Made by a program: the position numbers and the translations under genes. From Paraspadella gotoi (taxonomy: Eukaryota > Animalia > Chaetognatha), in NCBI GenBank assembly GCA_051294375.1, contig CM119266.1, positions 5,317,210 to 5,381,209 on the forward strand: a DNA stretch of 64,000 bases, read 5' to 3'. Under the pieces are notes generated by a model. It had not been told where the DNA came from. It did no database searches and saw only the letters and a program-made list of their open reading frames with translations. Shown here piece by piece: positions 12,301 to 23,916 of the stretch (positions within the stretch are counted from its first letter, which is position 1; each line of letters opens with the position of its first letter).

Positions 12301-12529
12301 GTTTTACTTGAAAGCCAGGGTCGAATTTTGCTTCAATGAAGACACGACGAATTTCGTTCACGAAGACGAAGATCAATTGGACAGTGGGGTTTGCTGTGGT
12401 AAGCAGAACAATACTTACCACAGTATTGAAAATGTTTTAGGGGGAGGCCCCATTTGTCAAGAATGTCCTCCCAATTCTAAATCAGTTTTGTACGGATACT
12501 GCTGCGTTAAAAATGAAGACGATCATTAA
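9332..12529 (+). CDS. Intronless secreted 1065-aa protein: signal peptide, dibasic-flanked propeptide, Cys-rich region, LDLa repeat, two SRCR domains, ~400-aa helical/coiled-coil region, beta-rich domain and Cys-rich C-terminus
   Basis: 3198-bp uninterrupted ORF; MKVTLVLFALCICVVFQGALG signal; LDLa CDSGRKCF...CNSDNNCGNWKDEEGC; SRCR PVCDHGWNDNAAKAVC...DVQCQGNEDDLSSC...AGVHC and ACLDNWDWKASQIIC...CTGKENYLTEC. Confidence 0.92.
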   Translation: MKVTLVLFALCICVVFQGALGRKGFKAIKAISEYTLSKRNAQTFSTDPMCGGFWSGHINAKEGLRKDCCGSGCSWEERCEYAEWCGWHKTGQLLCELSIKEGNSCTCQARAGFDYECSSQSYTKECLCETGSNLCDSGRKCFSQEEHCNSDNNCGNWKDEEGCTITEGQRIELESGIPGVSGNVLVGGRPVCDHGWNDNAAKAVCKILKIGEDVAALSTTGSFFGEVATQFRMNDVQCQGNEDDLSSCRHTTISKCNSLDGAGVHCIKPTTLDLTLNSKKRQVGEGFVNFGQYSACLDNWDWKASQIICNQYNNSEVNISGNIPVFAATGFDFDSSDRFVIQKLGCTGKENYLTECPKFSVVAKESCKSGKKVKIQCAKCLTKELVDVLQMVEMSPELDEIEASVLNAQNELKRKCYNWDCSKVFGSHPFYCKTKATLDDLKLVLENRRKEFSLTNKFNELEELKHNFIKSEFGELQDKLKDMTKFMTGFQKSLSKFFYQSAEYQRKRLESEITSLRSILNETVKAKTIEEEAFEKEADNLIHKAKFWQGAKLLWNIFSIIKNTAELIFEENPKAPKKIIQDVKGIVSSSKNLIDVNFLSDLVPRFAETTENIAKRMEKNQKPIIALNELLRDGKDMNFTKAKTYVTLTIKSPYNATDLADIQGYLNDIVNGLCNIIKNIPHSAEYCHNANFRARRVIATHRKCHDTFLRMANYIKEIAKTKLQVHLSQEMAATLKNSLGNHVTLEIAKIQSTILIRLQKIHIIEAVCQKMKYMNHNKDFDVCTNLRKNMDGDLTELMGFDFTRDMCKDSSVRHGDYNIPISFEKSDSEGFEFDLTKVFQNPDVEGQIYFRIPDNNWLLTNGWINKHTLKSGLFFLKRIQLVLPPIFKEEGLEITTTFSLIRNAIGNDTWNFKERKIARTDVSMNSECDEEYKKNNPYNLPDCPKNHPICVTSDGTFSGPIYPSLVNSLYRITFEVNKPTKVKIPLPTTKFYLKARVEFCFNEDTTNFVHEDEDQLDSGVCCGKQNNTYHSIENVLGGGPICQECPPNSKSVLYGYCCVKNEDDH

Positions 12530-13396
12530 AAGGTCGATATGAAATGCTGATGGTGATGTTTTTTTAAAGTTAATTGTTTTAAGACAAAATTTGACTATTG
12601 TTTTTAGCTGTAAAATGTTAAAATACTTATGAAATTTAATGAAAAATAGAATTTCTAAATATATCTTGAACTAATTATATCGTAAAGATGTAGAGATGGA
12701 ACAAAAACAATTTATATATGTTATGTTCTTGAAAAACAAAATACCAGAATCTTAGATACCTTATATTATAATATGAATTCCGATAAGTCAAGGCTTTCTC
12801 CGCAACTCGACGGTAGAAATTAACTTGGACCATTTAACTTTTGAATAATAATGTATTGTATATTAGGGCCTCACATGCACTAAACATTAGAAATTTAGAA
12901 CCACAACAACTGATGTTCGTTACTCTTGCTGTGAAAGGAGAGTCAGCGCCTATATGCGACTGCGCGGGTGGATAAAGTGAGTGATTGGGATTTTTATGCC
13001 ATAATAATATTAGTATTGTTTAAACGGTAGAATGGATTGGAGAACCTTATCGATAATCAATTAAATGAGGCCAAATACATTTACTAATAGTTTACCGAAA
13101 TGGCCAAAAGAACAAGTTCTTATAATTTAGAGCCTGTGATCTTTTGTTTTCATCCGAACTCGATACTCGCGCCCTCTGCCGTTCGCCGGCCAAAGCAGAC
13201 GACAAAACAAAACCTCTATCTCTATCTCTAGCATTTGCTCCATTTATTTTTTTTCTTTCTTATCTCTCAGCCTCTCTCCCTCTCTCGCCTGCGCGGTTTT
13301 CGAACCATGACTCTGTCTCTCTCTCTCTCTCTCCTGCTTCGAGCTCCTACCGATTTTACCGATTCTTCTGCTTTTACGTATTTTTTTCTCCCTATG

Positions 13397-13512
<116 letters not shown>

Positions 13513-16428
13513 ATTTTCTCGTGTTTTCGACTTCACTATTCCTCTCGAGAGAGAACGAGTTCTCTCTCTCTCTCCTCGCTCTCTAAAAAACCCAAAATAT
13601 TCGACGTGTACAATCGTTTCTCCCATCGCTATCAACTCATCGTCGCTAATTTTATTCCGATTTGTCACCAACTTCTCTTTCTCAAATATTACTTAATAAA
13701 TGATTGAATAATTTTCATATTAGTTGTACCAATTTTATAACAGTCAGCTACGGAGTAAATTATAGTAATTCCCGCAATAATACTTAAAGGAGCGATCATA
13801 AAAATATTATATTACTTCATAAATAGAGAAGCCAAGCACTGGGAGAAAGCTTGCAGATCTTGCTATGAAATGGGTACATATGTTATTATCTTGTGTTATC
13901 ATATGTTATTAACTTGTAAGAGGGATGGAGGGCATAACCCACTACTCGAATAAACTACTCGAATAAACCTGCTACCCTTAAAAATTCCCTTTTTTTTCGC
14001 TAAAAATTTTCTTCTTGACTGGAAAACTCGTTTTTTAAAATTTTAGCTCTCGATGACTAATTAAACAAATTTAGGTTTTACTCTTCAATTTTGGTTTTTT
14101 TCAAGGAATATTTTTCGTCAATTTCTAAAATCGATAATACGTACATATTTAAAAATACTATTTAGATTTTAATTCAATTGGTTTATTTTATTTATTTCTA
14201 TTTTTATTTCTAATTTCTGTTTTTTCCTCGCCCTCCCAACTTAATTTATTGGTTCACCGTCGTGAATTCCTTTCTTTTTCACAACATGTTGACTTCACAC
14301 TTCTTCCAAACAAGTGGACGCCTCAATTTCACACCTTCACTATTTATTTACACAACAGTCCATTCACATTAATATTATCACTGTCACCCCACAACCACAT
14401 TTTAACGAAAACGACGCCAATATTCAAACTAAGGAGACGAAAATTGACGGCTGTTGTCACGATTCTCACAGCTACTGGTTCTGTGAGCGTGAGTGGTCGT
14501 CGTCGTCGTCGTCGTCGTCGTCGCCCCCCTTGAGTCAGAGATCGGATCGTGAACGAGGATGAATGACGTGAGGTTTTGGGGTCACGTGACTCACGTGTGA
14601 GATTCCTCTCGATTTTTTTGGTGACGTTAATATTTTTATATCGAATTTTTTGTTTCGGCTTTTCGCCTTTTTCGATGTCTTGTTTTTGTTTTTGTTTTTG
14701 TTTTTGTTTCGGCTTTTCGCCTTTTACGATGTCTTGTTTTTTTGTGATTAAGACATTTTGTGATGATGACAAACTATAATTGCTTAATCAGTTTCAAAAT
14801 CTATTTACATTTTCTCCGTTTCACATATTTTTAAACATCTTTAAATCTTTTTTTGCTCTATTAAGTAAGAGAAAAAAAAAGCCTTAAAGTTTAAGATTAT
14901 GATTAACAAAATTCATCGCGTTAACATAGGTACTACAAATTACCTTCAATTAATTTTCACATTTCAAAAGATTTCAAAGAAAATTTTCACATTATCGTCT
15001 CCATATCTGTAACCATTTAGTAATTTCTATCAACTGTCTCTTCTGTTACAGCGTTTTTTCATCAACAGCCGCGCGATGAATCAAATTATCATTCAGAGCT
15101 CTAACTGGATTTTCTCACGAACTATCGAGATAACTATCATCCCAGTTGATTTACAGTCTCAAAATCTACTAATCTAAAACGTTAAAACTTAAAATTAACT
15201 GTTGTTCTTTTACATCTGCCCTCGATGGGAGTTCTCAGAATGTCGAAAACCGTTTTTTTTTCTTCTGGAATCAGAAACGACTTAATTAGGTATTCCTAGA
15301 ACTATTCATGAAATTACTTTCTAAAAAGTTTAAAAGAGTGTATATAACTTTCTGATTTTGACTAAACTCTTTAAAATTAATAAAAAAATTTCAAGGCTTT
15401 TGGTTTTTCTTTAAAGACAAAAACCACAAAGACTTTCAAACTCACGAAATCCTCATTTCACTTTTCAGAGTTGACAACTTCACGTGACAACTAAATCGGG
15501 TAATCTGGGTCATTTTGAGGAATCTTTTACCAAATCTTTAACACTTTGGTTTTGTTTTAATTTATCTTTTTGTCGTTTTGCCTTAACTTTGACATCATGT
15601 AATTTTCGTGTTTTATTATCGTTTCAGTAGGAATTTTTTTGATTGTCTGATTGATCAGCCTCTCTTAATTTCCTATCAGCTGTTTTTTTGTTGTTGTTTT
15701 TTATTAATTGAATATAAAAAACAGTAACGGTACCATTAACAGCGTAAAAAGACTGGAACACGGTAAACAAAAACTACACTGATAACTACAATATAACCAA
15801 AAACAATAACATCAAAACTTATGACATTACTAAAATGTTATAAAGTGGAAGAAGAAGAAGGAGGAGGAAGAGTGAAAATATAAATAGGCGTACAATCGAA
15901 CATTACGTTAAAAACTACTTAATAAAATATTTAAAAGCAAAAGTCGGTAACAAATTCAAAAGAAACATTTAAAAAAGCTAAACCCGAAAAACGTCGAAAG
16001 GTTGTAACGATAAAAAACGTAAAAACATTACAAACAAAAACGTTATGTATAAAAAGAAATAAACATTAACACATTGATAAGTCAGGACAGCCCTGGGATC
16101 TTTGTACTTATTTAATAGAGATTATGACTTGTTAGGGAAGCTCCTAAGAATATTTAGTAGTAAACAAACTTGTGTAATTTAGTTTGTAAATTAACGATTA
16201 CCATTATATGTATAAACTAATAGTTAATAGTTTGATTTGGTCTTTTCATGCCAATAATATAAAAGGAAAACAAATTATTTCTGGAAGTAACATAATATTT
16301 ATTTTTAAATAAATAGATAAATAATGTATAAACTATTTGCCCGTTTTCGCTTATAAAACAACAAATATTATCTCTATATTAAAACTTTTTTATCCTTACC
16401 TTTAATGAAAAACCTTAACCTGAAAAAT

Positions 16429-16468
16429 ATATTTGTAACGTGATGTTAATACATCACGTTACAAATAT
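16429..16468. repeat. Perfect 18-bp inverted repeat with 4-nt loop
   Basis: ATATTTGTAACGTGATGT-TAAT-ACATCACGTTACAAATAT. Confidence 0.9.
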
Positions 16469-16716
16469 GCAAATGAATATTTAGACCGATGACTTATGCG
16501 CTTTCTTCAGTTCAGAATTCTCCGAATTTTCTCGATTGATCCTTTTTTGATCCCTCGATCTGTTGATTGATCTTTTGATTGACCCCTCGATCTTTCCTGA
16601 TCTTTTCCGATCTCTTTCGATCTCCTGATCTCTCCCGACCATCTGTAATTCGGATCTCCTGATATATCATGAGTCATGACCTTTCCGATCTTATCAGTGA
16701 ATTCTTCAGGTTGTGT

Positions 16717-16782
<66 letters not shown>

Positions 16783-17822
16783 TCTCTCTGAAGTCGAGAG
16801 TCCAGTCTCGAGATCGTTGTAACTTGTAAGGTTCTATCGATCGCAATGTTCGGTTGTACGCGTATTTCTATTTTCACTCTTCCTCCTCCTCCTCCTCCTC
16901 CTCCTCCTCCTCCTCCTCTCTCTATATCGAGTCTCTTTGTAAACATCGTAATAAACCCAGTTTTATTTATACAAGAACCTTTCATTAAATCTATATTCTA
17001 CACATCGACAATTTAGTTATTACATACATCTTAATTAACCGTTTTTAACCACTCGGTTTATTTGAAAATTGAAAAAAATTATTATTCCTACTATATTTCA
17101 TAATTATAAGCCGTGAGATTTATTAAAGTTAATATTAAGGTTAACTAGCCTTATTTAACATTTAGTATATTAATATAAGGATACAACTTTTTGACCTTCA
17201 AATTCTCTTTACAACAATCGTTAATCTTTGCAGCATCTCTACATCTCTCCAGCATCACTGCAATCAGTCTTCAAGGCCTCGGTAAGCTTCCTCCTCCTCC
17301 TCCTCCTCTTCCTCCTCCTCCTCCTGAGTCTTATCTAGTGGTTTTGGCCCGCAGTTCGGCAGCCGAGGCCCGGGGAATCCGGGCGTCGAAACAACGACGA
17401 CGACAACAACGACGACAAACATTTTCGATCGCGAATATTAATTTGTTTTTTCCTTTTTTTTTTTTTTGCAAATCCCTCCACCTGCATACGTTTTCTCGTC
17501 TCTGGTTCGAAAACCGAATAATTTTTATTTGAATTATGTAATAAAATTCGTTAATTATGTAAAATACTAACAAAGACTAATTCAAATTTCGAAACAAAAT
17601 CTCAAAAATATCGATTTCAACCGACGATCGAAAAAAAAACAACAACAAAAAAACAGAAAAAAAAACATGAAAAACAAAAGTTGAATCATTTTCGCGTCGG
17701 TTTTGTCATTTACGATTTGAATGGCAAATAAATTCGTTGTTTTTAAACATCAATAATGAGAAAAAAAATTTTATAAATCAGCGTTAAAAATTCTAATTTA
17801 AAAAGCAATTAAGTTTGTGTAA

Positions 17823-18164
17823 AGTACGAACTAAACGAACTGAACGGACTGAACGGACTGAACGGACTGAACGAACAGAACAAACTAAACAAACTAAACA
17901 AACTAAACAAACTAAACAAACTAAACAAACTAAACAAATTAAACAAACTAAACAAATTAAACAAACTAAACAAACTAAACAAACTAAACAAAATGAACCA
18001 AATGAACCAAATGAACCAAATGAACCAAATGAACAAAATGAACGAACTGTACGAACTGTACGAACTGTACGAACTGTACGAACTGTACGAACTGTACGAA
18101 CTGAACGAACTGAACGAACTGAACGAACTGAACGAACTGAACGAACTGAACGAACTGAACGAAC
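17823..18164. repeat. 9-bp minisatellite of about 38 units arranged in homogeneous variant blocks
   Basis: Blocks of AACGGACTG, AACAAACTA, AACCAAATG, TACGAACTG and AACGAACTG in register. Confidence 0.95.
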
Positions 18165-19301
18165 GTCCGCCCTGACAAAAAACACAATTGGTTCGTACAA
18201 AGCGTTAAAGCAACGTGTTTGTACACGACGCAAGGGGGAATTATGTCCGTGCATCGACGGACGGACGGACGGACTGCCACGGACGAATTGATGGTGATCA
18301 TACACGATTTTTTTCTCAACGGTCTAAACAAATTCGAGATTCCGACTTTTAACGAATCGACTTTCGAAACGAAAACAAGTTTTCTTCTTTCTTCTTATTT
18401 TTTTTAAATTTAAATATTTGTTTTTTAAATTTTTTTAACTCAATTTAATTTCGACGCCGACTCGAGCCGAAATCTTTTGTTTTAAAAATGTCTGCGAAAA
18501 CAAATTTTGATTCGAATGCGTCTTAGACTTAGCATCGATAGTTTAAGATGATCTTAAACCTTTTGAAGTTAGCGAAAAACGAGACTGGGAATAGTTGACA
18601 TTTTAAAATAAGGAGTAATAGTATAATGTATAGTTTTGGTAGATTAAAATTTACTGACCGTTCACTGCCAGAGGCTTGACATGCACTTCCCTCAACCCGA
18701 AGGTCCAGGTTCTAGCCTGATGGCCGCATAGCAAATAGATAGGACGAATCGCTTATCTTGCCCGCAGCATGTTGCAAAGATTAGGGATTGATAATTGATA
18801 ATTTATATATAAAATATCAAAAAATTAACCAATTGCTTGCTTGTAGTAGATGCACGAAGGTGTAAGTTTTGAAATAATTTTTAGGAAATATTGTTTGGCA
18901 ATAAAATGATTTTAAACTTAATAAAACGTCACGAAATACTATTATTAAGAAAGTAAAAAGCATTTTACATCAAATCAGCGGTGTAGCCCCAAGATAGAAA
19001 GATATTGTGACAGTTCAATGCAAAAAGAATTCAAAATAGCCCAAGAGCAATTTGATTTAACAAAACAAAACAAAAACTATTTGAATTTGTGAACAACATT
19101 CCATTGTCTTTTGTTAAAACTAGCAAAATGCTTTTCCCTTTTAGATATTTGTTACTTTTTCTTTTCAATATTTCTTTCTTGTTTCCTTTAATTTCTTTGT
19201 ATCTCGGTTTTGTTATTTCCCTTTTTTTTCCCCCCCGAGAGCAAAAATCATAGAATCGAGTTTGCAGTTGAAAGCGATTGATGAGTCATTTCAGCGATCG
19301 T

Positions 19302-19340
<39 letters not shown>

Positions 19341-19880
19341 GTCATCATCATCATTATCATCATCATCATCATATCTCAGTCTCTATTAATCCATCTATGG
19401 TATTTTTTTTGGTTTTTTTTTGCCTTTTGCCTTTTTTAAGTATGACTTACGCATCTCGGTATCACCTCATTGCAGCATTGAATCATCGCTGTATTATCGA
19501 AGTAATGCGGTATTATTCCAGCGATAGTTTCTTAATCTCAATGAATAAAATATAATTCTTACTCGGATTTCTGCTCTACAACTTTCCGGCCTCTCGCTCG
19601 ATACAACTTTTTTCCTTTCTTTTCCTTTCTTCTTTTTCCTTCCCTTTACTTTACTACTTACTTCTTTATTAGTTACTTATTAATTACTTACTACTGACTT
19701 ACTACTTAGTATTACCTAGTAATACTACTTGCTTACTACTTATTACTTAAATATTACTTTACTTATCACTTACTTTCCCTTCCCTTCATCTTATTTCTAC
19801 TCTTTATCCCATCCTTCTGCTCTCTCTCTCTCTCTCTTCCTTTTCCCACTACTTGCGTTTTTCTCATTAGTGATTTTTCC

Positions 19881-20060
19881 TTTTTAGTTGCACCGCGAGT
19901 ACTCGCGGAGCAATTCAATAAGTCATTTTTCGGTCGGTCTGTATTTCTGTCCGTCGATCTGTCCCACTTATGTTAAAAATGCATATAATTCGACTATAGT
20001 TGATTGCTAATTTGTTAAGACAGGATAAAACCTCCAATCTTATTGACTGCTAGCGCCGCC
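19881..20060 (+). mobile_element. Dispersed non-autonomous repeat (Helentron/DINE-1/HINE-like); related copies at 50686-50845, 52170-52208 (reverse) and 54215-54367
   Basis: TTTTTAGTTGCACCGCGAGTACTCGCGGAGCAAT hairpin, then ATAAGTCA, a (GGTC/CTGT)n core and TGTCCCACTTA.GTTAAAAATG.ATATAA...TATAGTTG.TTGCT.ATTTGTTAAGA shared among copies. Confidence 0.65.
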
Positions 20061-20204
20061 TTCAGGAAATCCTAAAACTTTAAAGAATAAAAGACAAGAT
20101 TCCGATACAATGCGTGTAATAAATAAATGCAGGTGAAAAAAAAGTCGCTGCGGCGCAACACATTTGAATTACCGTTCTTGTTCTTTCTAGTTACGTCTTA
20201 TCTC

Positions 20205-21008
20205 AACTCCCTCTCTCTCTCTTTATCCTCTCCTCCCCTTCTCCCCTCTTCTCTCTTTCCCTCCCCTCCCTCTCTCTCTTTCCTCTCCTCCCCTTCCTCC
20301 CTCTTCTCTCTTTCCCTCCCTCTCTCTCTCTTCCCTCCTCCCCTTCTCCCCTCTTCTCTCTTTCCCTCCCTCCCCTCTCTCTCTCTTTATCCTCTCCTCC
20401 CCTTCTCCCCTCTTCTCTCTTTCTCCTCCCTCCCTCTCTCTCTCTTTTTCCTCTCCTCCCTTCTCCCTTCCCCTCTTCTCTCTTTCCTTCCCTTCCTCTC
20501 TCTTCTCCTCTTCTCCCTTCTCCCTTCTCCCCTCTTCTCTCTTTCCCCTCCCTCCCTCCTGTCTCTTTCCTCTTTCCTCCCCTTCTCCCTTCTCCCCTCT
20601 TCTCTCTTTCCCTCCTCCCTCTCTCTTCTCCTCTTCCTCCCCTCTCCCTTCTTCTCCCTTTTCCCTCCCTCCCTCTCTCTTCTCCTCTTCCTCCCCTTCT
20701 CCCTTCTCCCTCTTCTCTCTTTCCCTCCTCCCTCTTCTCCTCTTCCTCCCCTTCTCCCTTCTCCCCTCTTCTCTCTTTCCCTCCCTCCCTCTCTCTTCTC
20801 CTCTTCCTCCCCTTCTCCCTTCTCCCCTCTTCTTCTCTTCCCTCCCTCCCTCTCTCTTCTCCTCTTCCTCCCCTTCTCCCTTCTCCCCTCTTCTCTCTTT
20901 CCTTCCCTTCCTTCTCTCTCCTCTTCCTCCCTTCTCCTTCCCCCTCTATCTCTTTCCCTCCCTCCCTCCCTCTCCCTTCTTCTCTTCTCCCCTCCCCCCC
21001 CACCTCCC
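20205..21008. repeat. ~800-bp almost pure polypyrimidine (C/T) tract
   Basis: Nearly no purines on the + strand; built from degenerate units like TCTCCTCTTCCTCCCCTTCTCCC. Confidence 0.95.
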
Positions 21009-23645
21009 CGTTTTGGCCTCCCAGTTTTTTTTCTCTTTTCTGCTTCGTATTTCTACGATTTTGTTTTCATTTCGCTTTTTTTCATCTTTTTTTTCTTGGG
21101 GCAAAATGATTTTGTTTCTCAACGAATTTTATTTTATCATATAAAACGTACATGTTTCGNNNNNNNNNNNNNNNNNNNNNNNNNNNNNNNNNNNNNNNNN
21201 NNNNNNNNNNNNNNNNNNNNNNNNNNNNNNNNNNNNNNNNNNNNNNNNNNNNNNNNNNNNNNNNNNNNNNNNNNNNNNNNNNNNNNNNNNNNNNNNNNNN
21301 NNNNNNNNNNNNNNNNNNNNNNNNNNNNNNNNNNNNNNNNNNNNNNNNNNNNNNNNNNNNNNNNNNNNNNNNNNNNNNNNNNNNNNNNNNNNNNNNNNNN
21401 NNNNNNNNNNNNNNNNNNNNNNNNGAAATGAAATGGTCAGAGTGAGAGAGATTGAGAGAGAGAGGGAGAGAGAGAGAGACAAGGGAGAGAGAAAATAATA
21501 TTACATTTTAAATGTACAACAAATAAAGTTTTTAAACTGTTATTAATAATTAACTATTTAATAAATAAATAAGTGGAGGTGAAAATGAAATGTGAAAGTG
21601 TGAAGATACATTTAGTGTAAAGAATTGTTAATAAAGTTAGAAATTAAGAGTTAAGATAGAGCTCAAAGTGAGCTCTATCTTCATATTTTTTTTCTTTCTT
21701 TTTATATCGAGCGATTGTTATCCTTTTTCGCTTGGAGATCAAAGTCGTTAATACTTCTTATTACGATCCGCCTTCGTTACTTATTATTAACTGTATTATA
21801 AGCTGTAGGTATTTTTTTGGTGGTTGACTTATTCATTCAAAACAAACGAATCTAGAAAATTAACCGTCATTTTTCTTTTGTTCATATTCATTTCTTTATT
21901 TCGTTTGAGAGATATTAATAAAATTAACATGATATATTCGAAGAAAGATGGAGGGACTAAGACACCATTGCCTGAGCTAGCTGGATTCCTCCGTTATAAG
22001 TGATTGTAACAATTTCATACAACACTTTATATTTATTACTCACACGACACTCTAAATAAGAAAAAATCCTCACAAACTCTCGAACCTAAGATTTTTTTTC
22101 TCAAGCGCTCGCGGTTGAAAATCTCCAGAAAATTTCCCATGATTTTTCAACATCAATTAACGTGATTTTTTTAAAAGAAAAAGAAAAAAGTCAAGAGAAA
22201 AATAATAAAGAAAAAGAATAAAGAAAAAGAATAATGGTTCATCTTAAGATAAAAGAGTAGGATTTTTCAAGGCTGCGCTGGAATAAGAAGAAGTCGGCTT
22301 AAGACGAGGAAAAAACATGAATAACGAGAAAAACGAAGCGGAGAGAAAGAGGTGGTGGTGGGGGGAATAATTGGGGGGTAGAAGGGGTTATTGGGGGTTA
22401 AAGAGGGTAGGGGAAGGGGTTAAAGATGGTAGGGGGTAGGGTTGTTTACTTGGTTGTAAAGAAAGTCAGTTTGAGAAATATTTTAATACTGATTTGGTAA
22501 AAAAAAGGGCTTAAGAAATATTACCGGTTTTAAGTGTTTCATCGAAAAATATGAGTGAATGTTTGTGAAAGTATTACGTTTATATAAATGTTTATATTAA
22601 GACGAACGATTTAAATGCACCAACGTCCGAACCAGTGACCGTGAAAAAAACACGAGAGAAGGAACGTAAAAATGTTCCAGTCAGTGAGTGTGAAAAAAAG
22701 AACGTTGAAGAATGTGAGTGTGGAGTAAACATTTTCACAACACAAAGTTGCGAGTGAGAAAAAACACCTGACTTTGTGAATAACAAAAAAAAACCGGTTG
22801 AGTGGGTGAAGGCAATAAAAAAAAGTGAATGACTGATTTTAGAGGAATTGATGTGAAAAACGCGTGAGTCAGTGAAGGTGAAAATAGAAAGGGATCATCG
22901 AAAGTGAGGCATTCGTGAAAGTGAGGCATTCGTTAAATCGGTTTAGTGAATAAACTGAATTACGAGGAAAAAGATTTGGAAAAATGTTATTTAAAGAAAT
23001 TTAACATTTTTTAATCCTGTTAGAATCGTTTATTATTATTTTTTTAAATAATTTTTAGTATTTTTACAATTTTCTATATTATCTGAAAATATATTTTGGC
23101 ATTCACTTATATAAGGTTTATATTTCGAACCATATTGATGAACATTTATTAATTTTAACATTTAATCGATAATGGAACAAAAGTGTCGTAAATCAACATT
23201 TTTTTAAAAAGCATTTTATTATTTATTCAAATATAATTTTCACTACTAATTCAAAGAGATTTCTCTTCAAATCTTAACAATGAACAGTTTCTTAACAAAA
23301 GGAAATATTTTGTTTAAATCTATTTGAACAACTTTAAACTGTCTCTCGTTTTGAGTTTAAATTTCCTTTGATCGAATTTTCGATCTTCGAAGTCGAATTT
23401 TCTAAAATTTCCTTTTGTTTCAATTCAAAATTTAAATCAAAGACTTTTTCTTCTTTTTTTTCCTCCTTTTTTTTCTTAGTTTTCTTTCTTTTTAAAGATT
23501 TCTTTTTTTTGTGCATAATTCATTCCGTGCGGCAGCTGTCATAACTGACTCTCACAGCTTCTCTAGGCTGTGGCAGCTGTGATAACTGACTCTCACAAAA
23601 TCACTTTCATTTTTTTTTTCGGTTTCTATCTTTTTCTTTAAGATA

Positions 23646-23687
<42 letters not shown>

Positions 23688-23863
23688 GCTGCTGCTAAAT
23701 CTAAAGAAAGTAAATAGGCAACAACCTTAAAGAAATGTTTCTCCCGATTTTCTTTTTAATGTCTTTTTATGTTTTTTTAAAAAGAAATCCATTAATGCTT
23801 AAAGGTTTGACTCTTGATGCTTTTTAAAGCTTTTCTGGCATCAGACAAGCCTTGTGTTTGGAT

Positions 23864-23916
<53 letters not shown>

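Noticed and set aside
9350-12421. Antisense and alternate-frame ORFs overlapping the 1065-aa gene
   Set aside because: Short shadow ORFs of a real coding sequence
17823-18164. CRISPR-like or other repeat-spacer array (also checked 28415-28785, 52971-53655, 56815-57570)
   Set aside because: Head-to-tail tandem repeats without unique spacers; eukaryotic context; no cas genes
20127-21431. 434-aa and 266-aa ORFs, and similar SLSL/ERER ORFs at 13144, 24455, 30396, 46070, 50866 and 55009
   Set aside because: Stop-free translations of CT/GA low-complexity tracts or N gaps, with no domain signal
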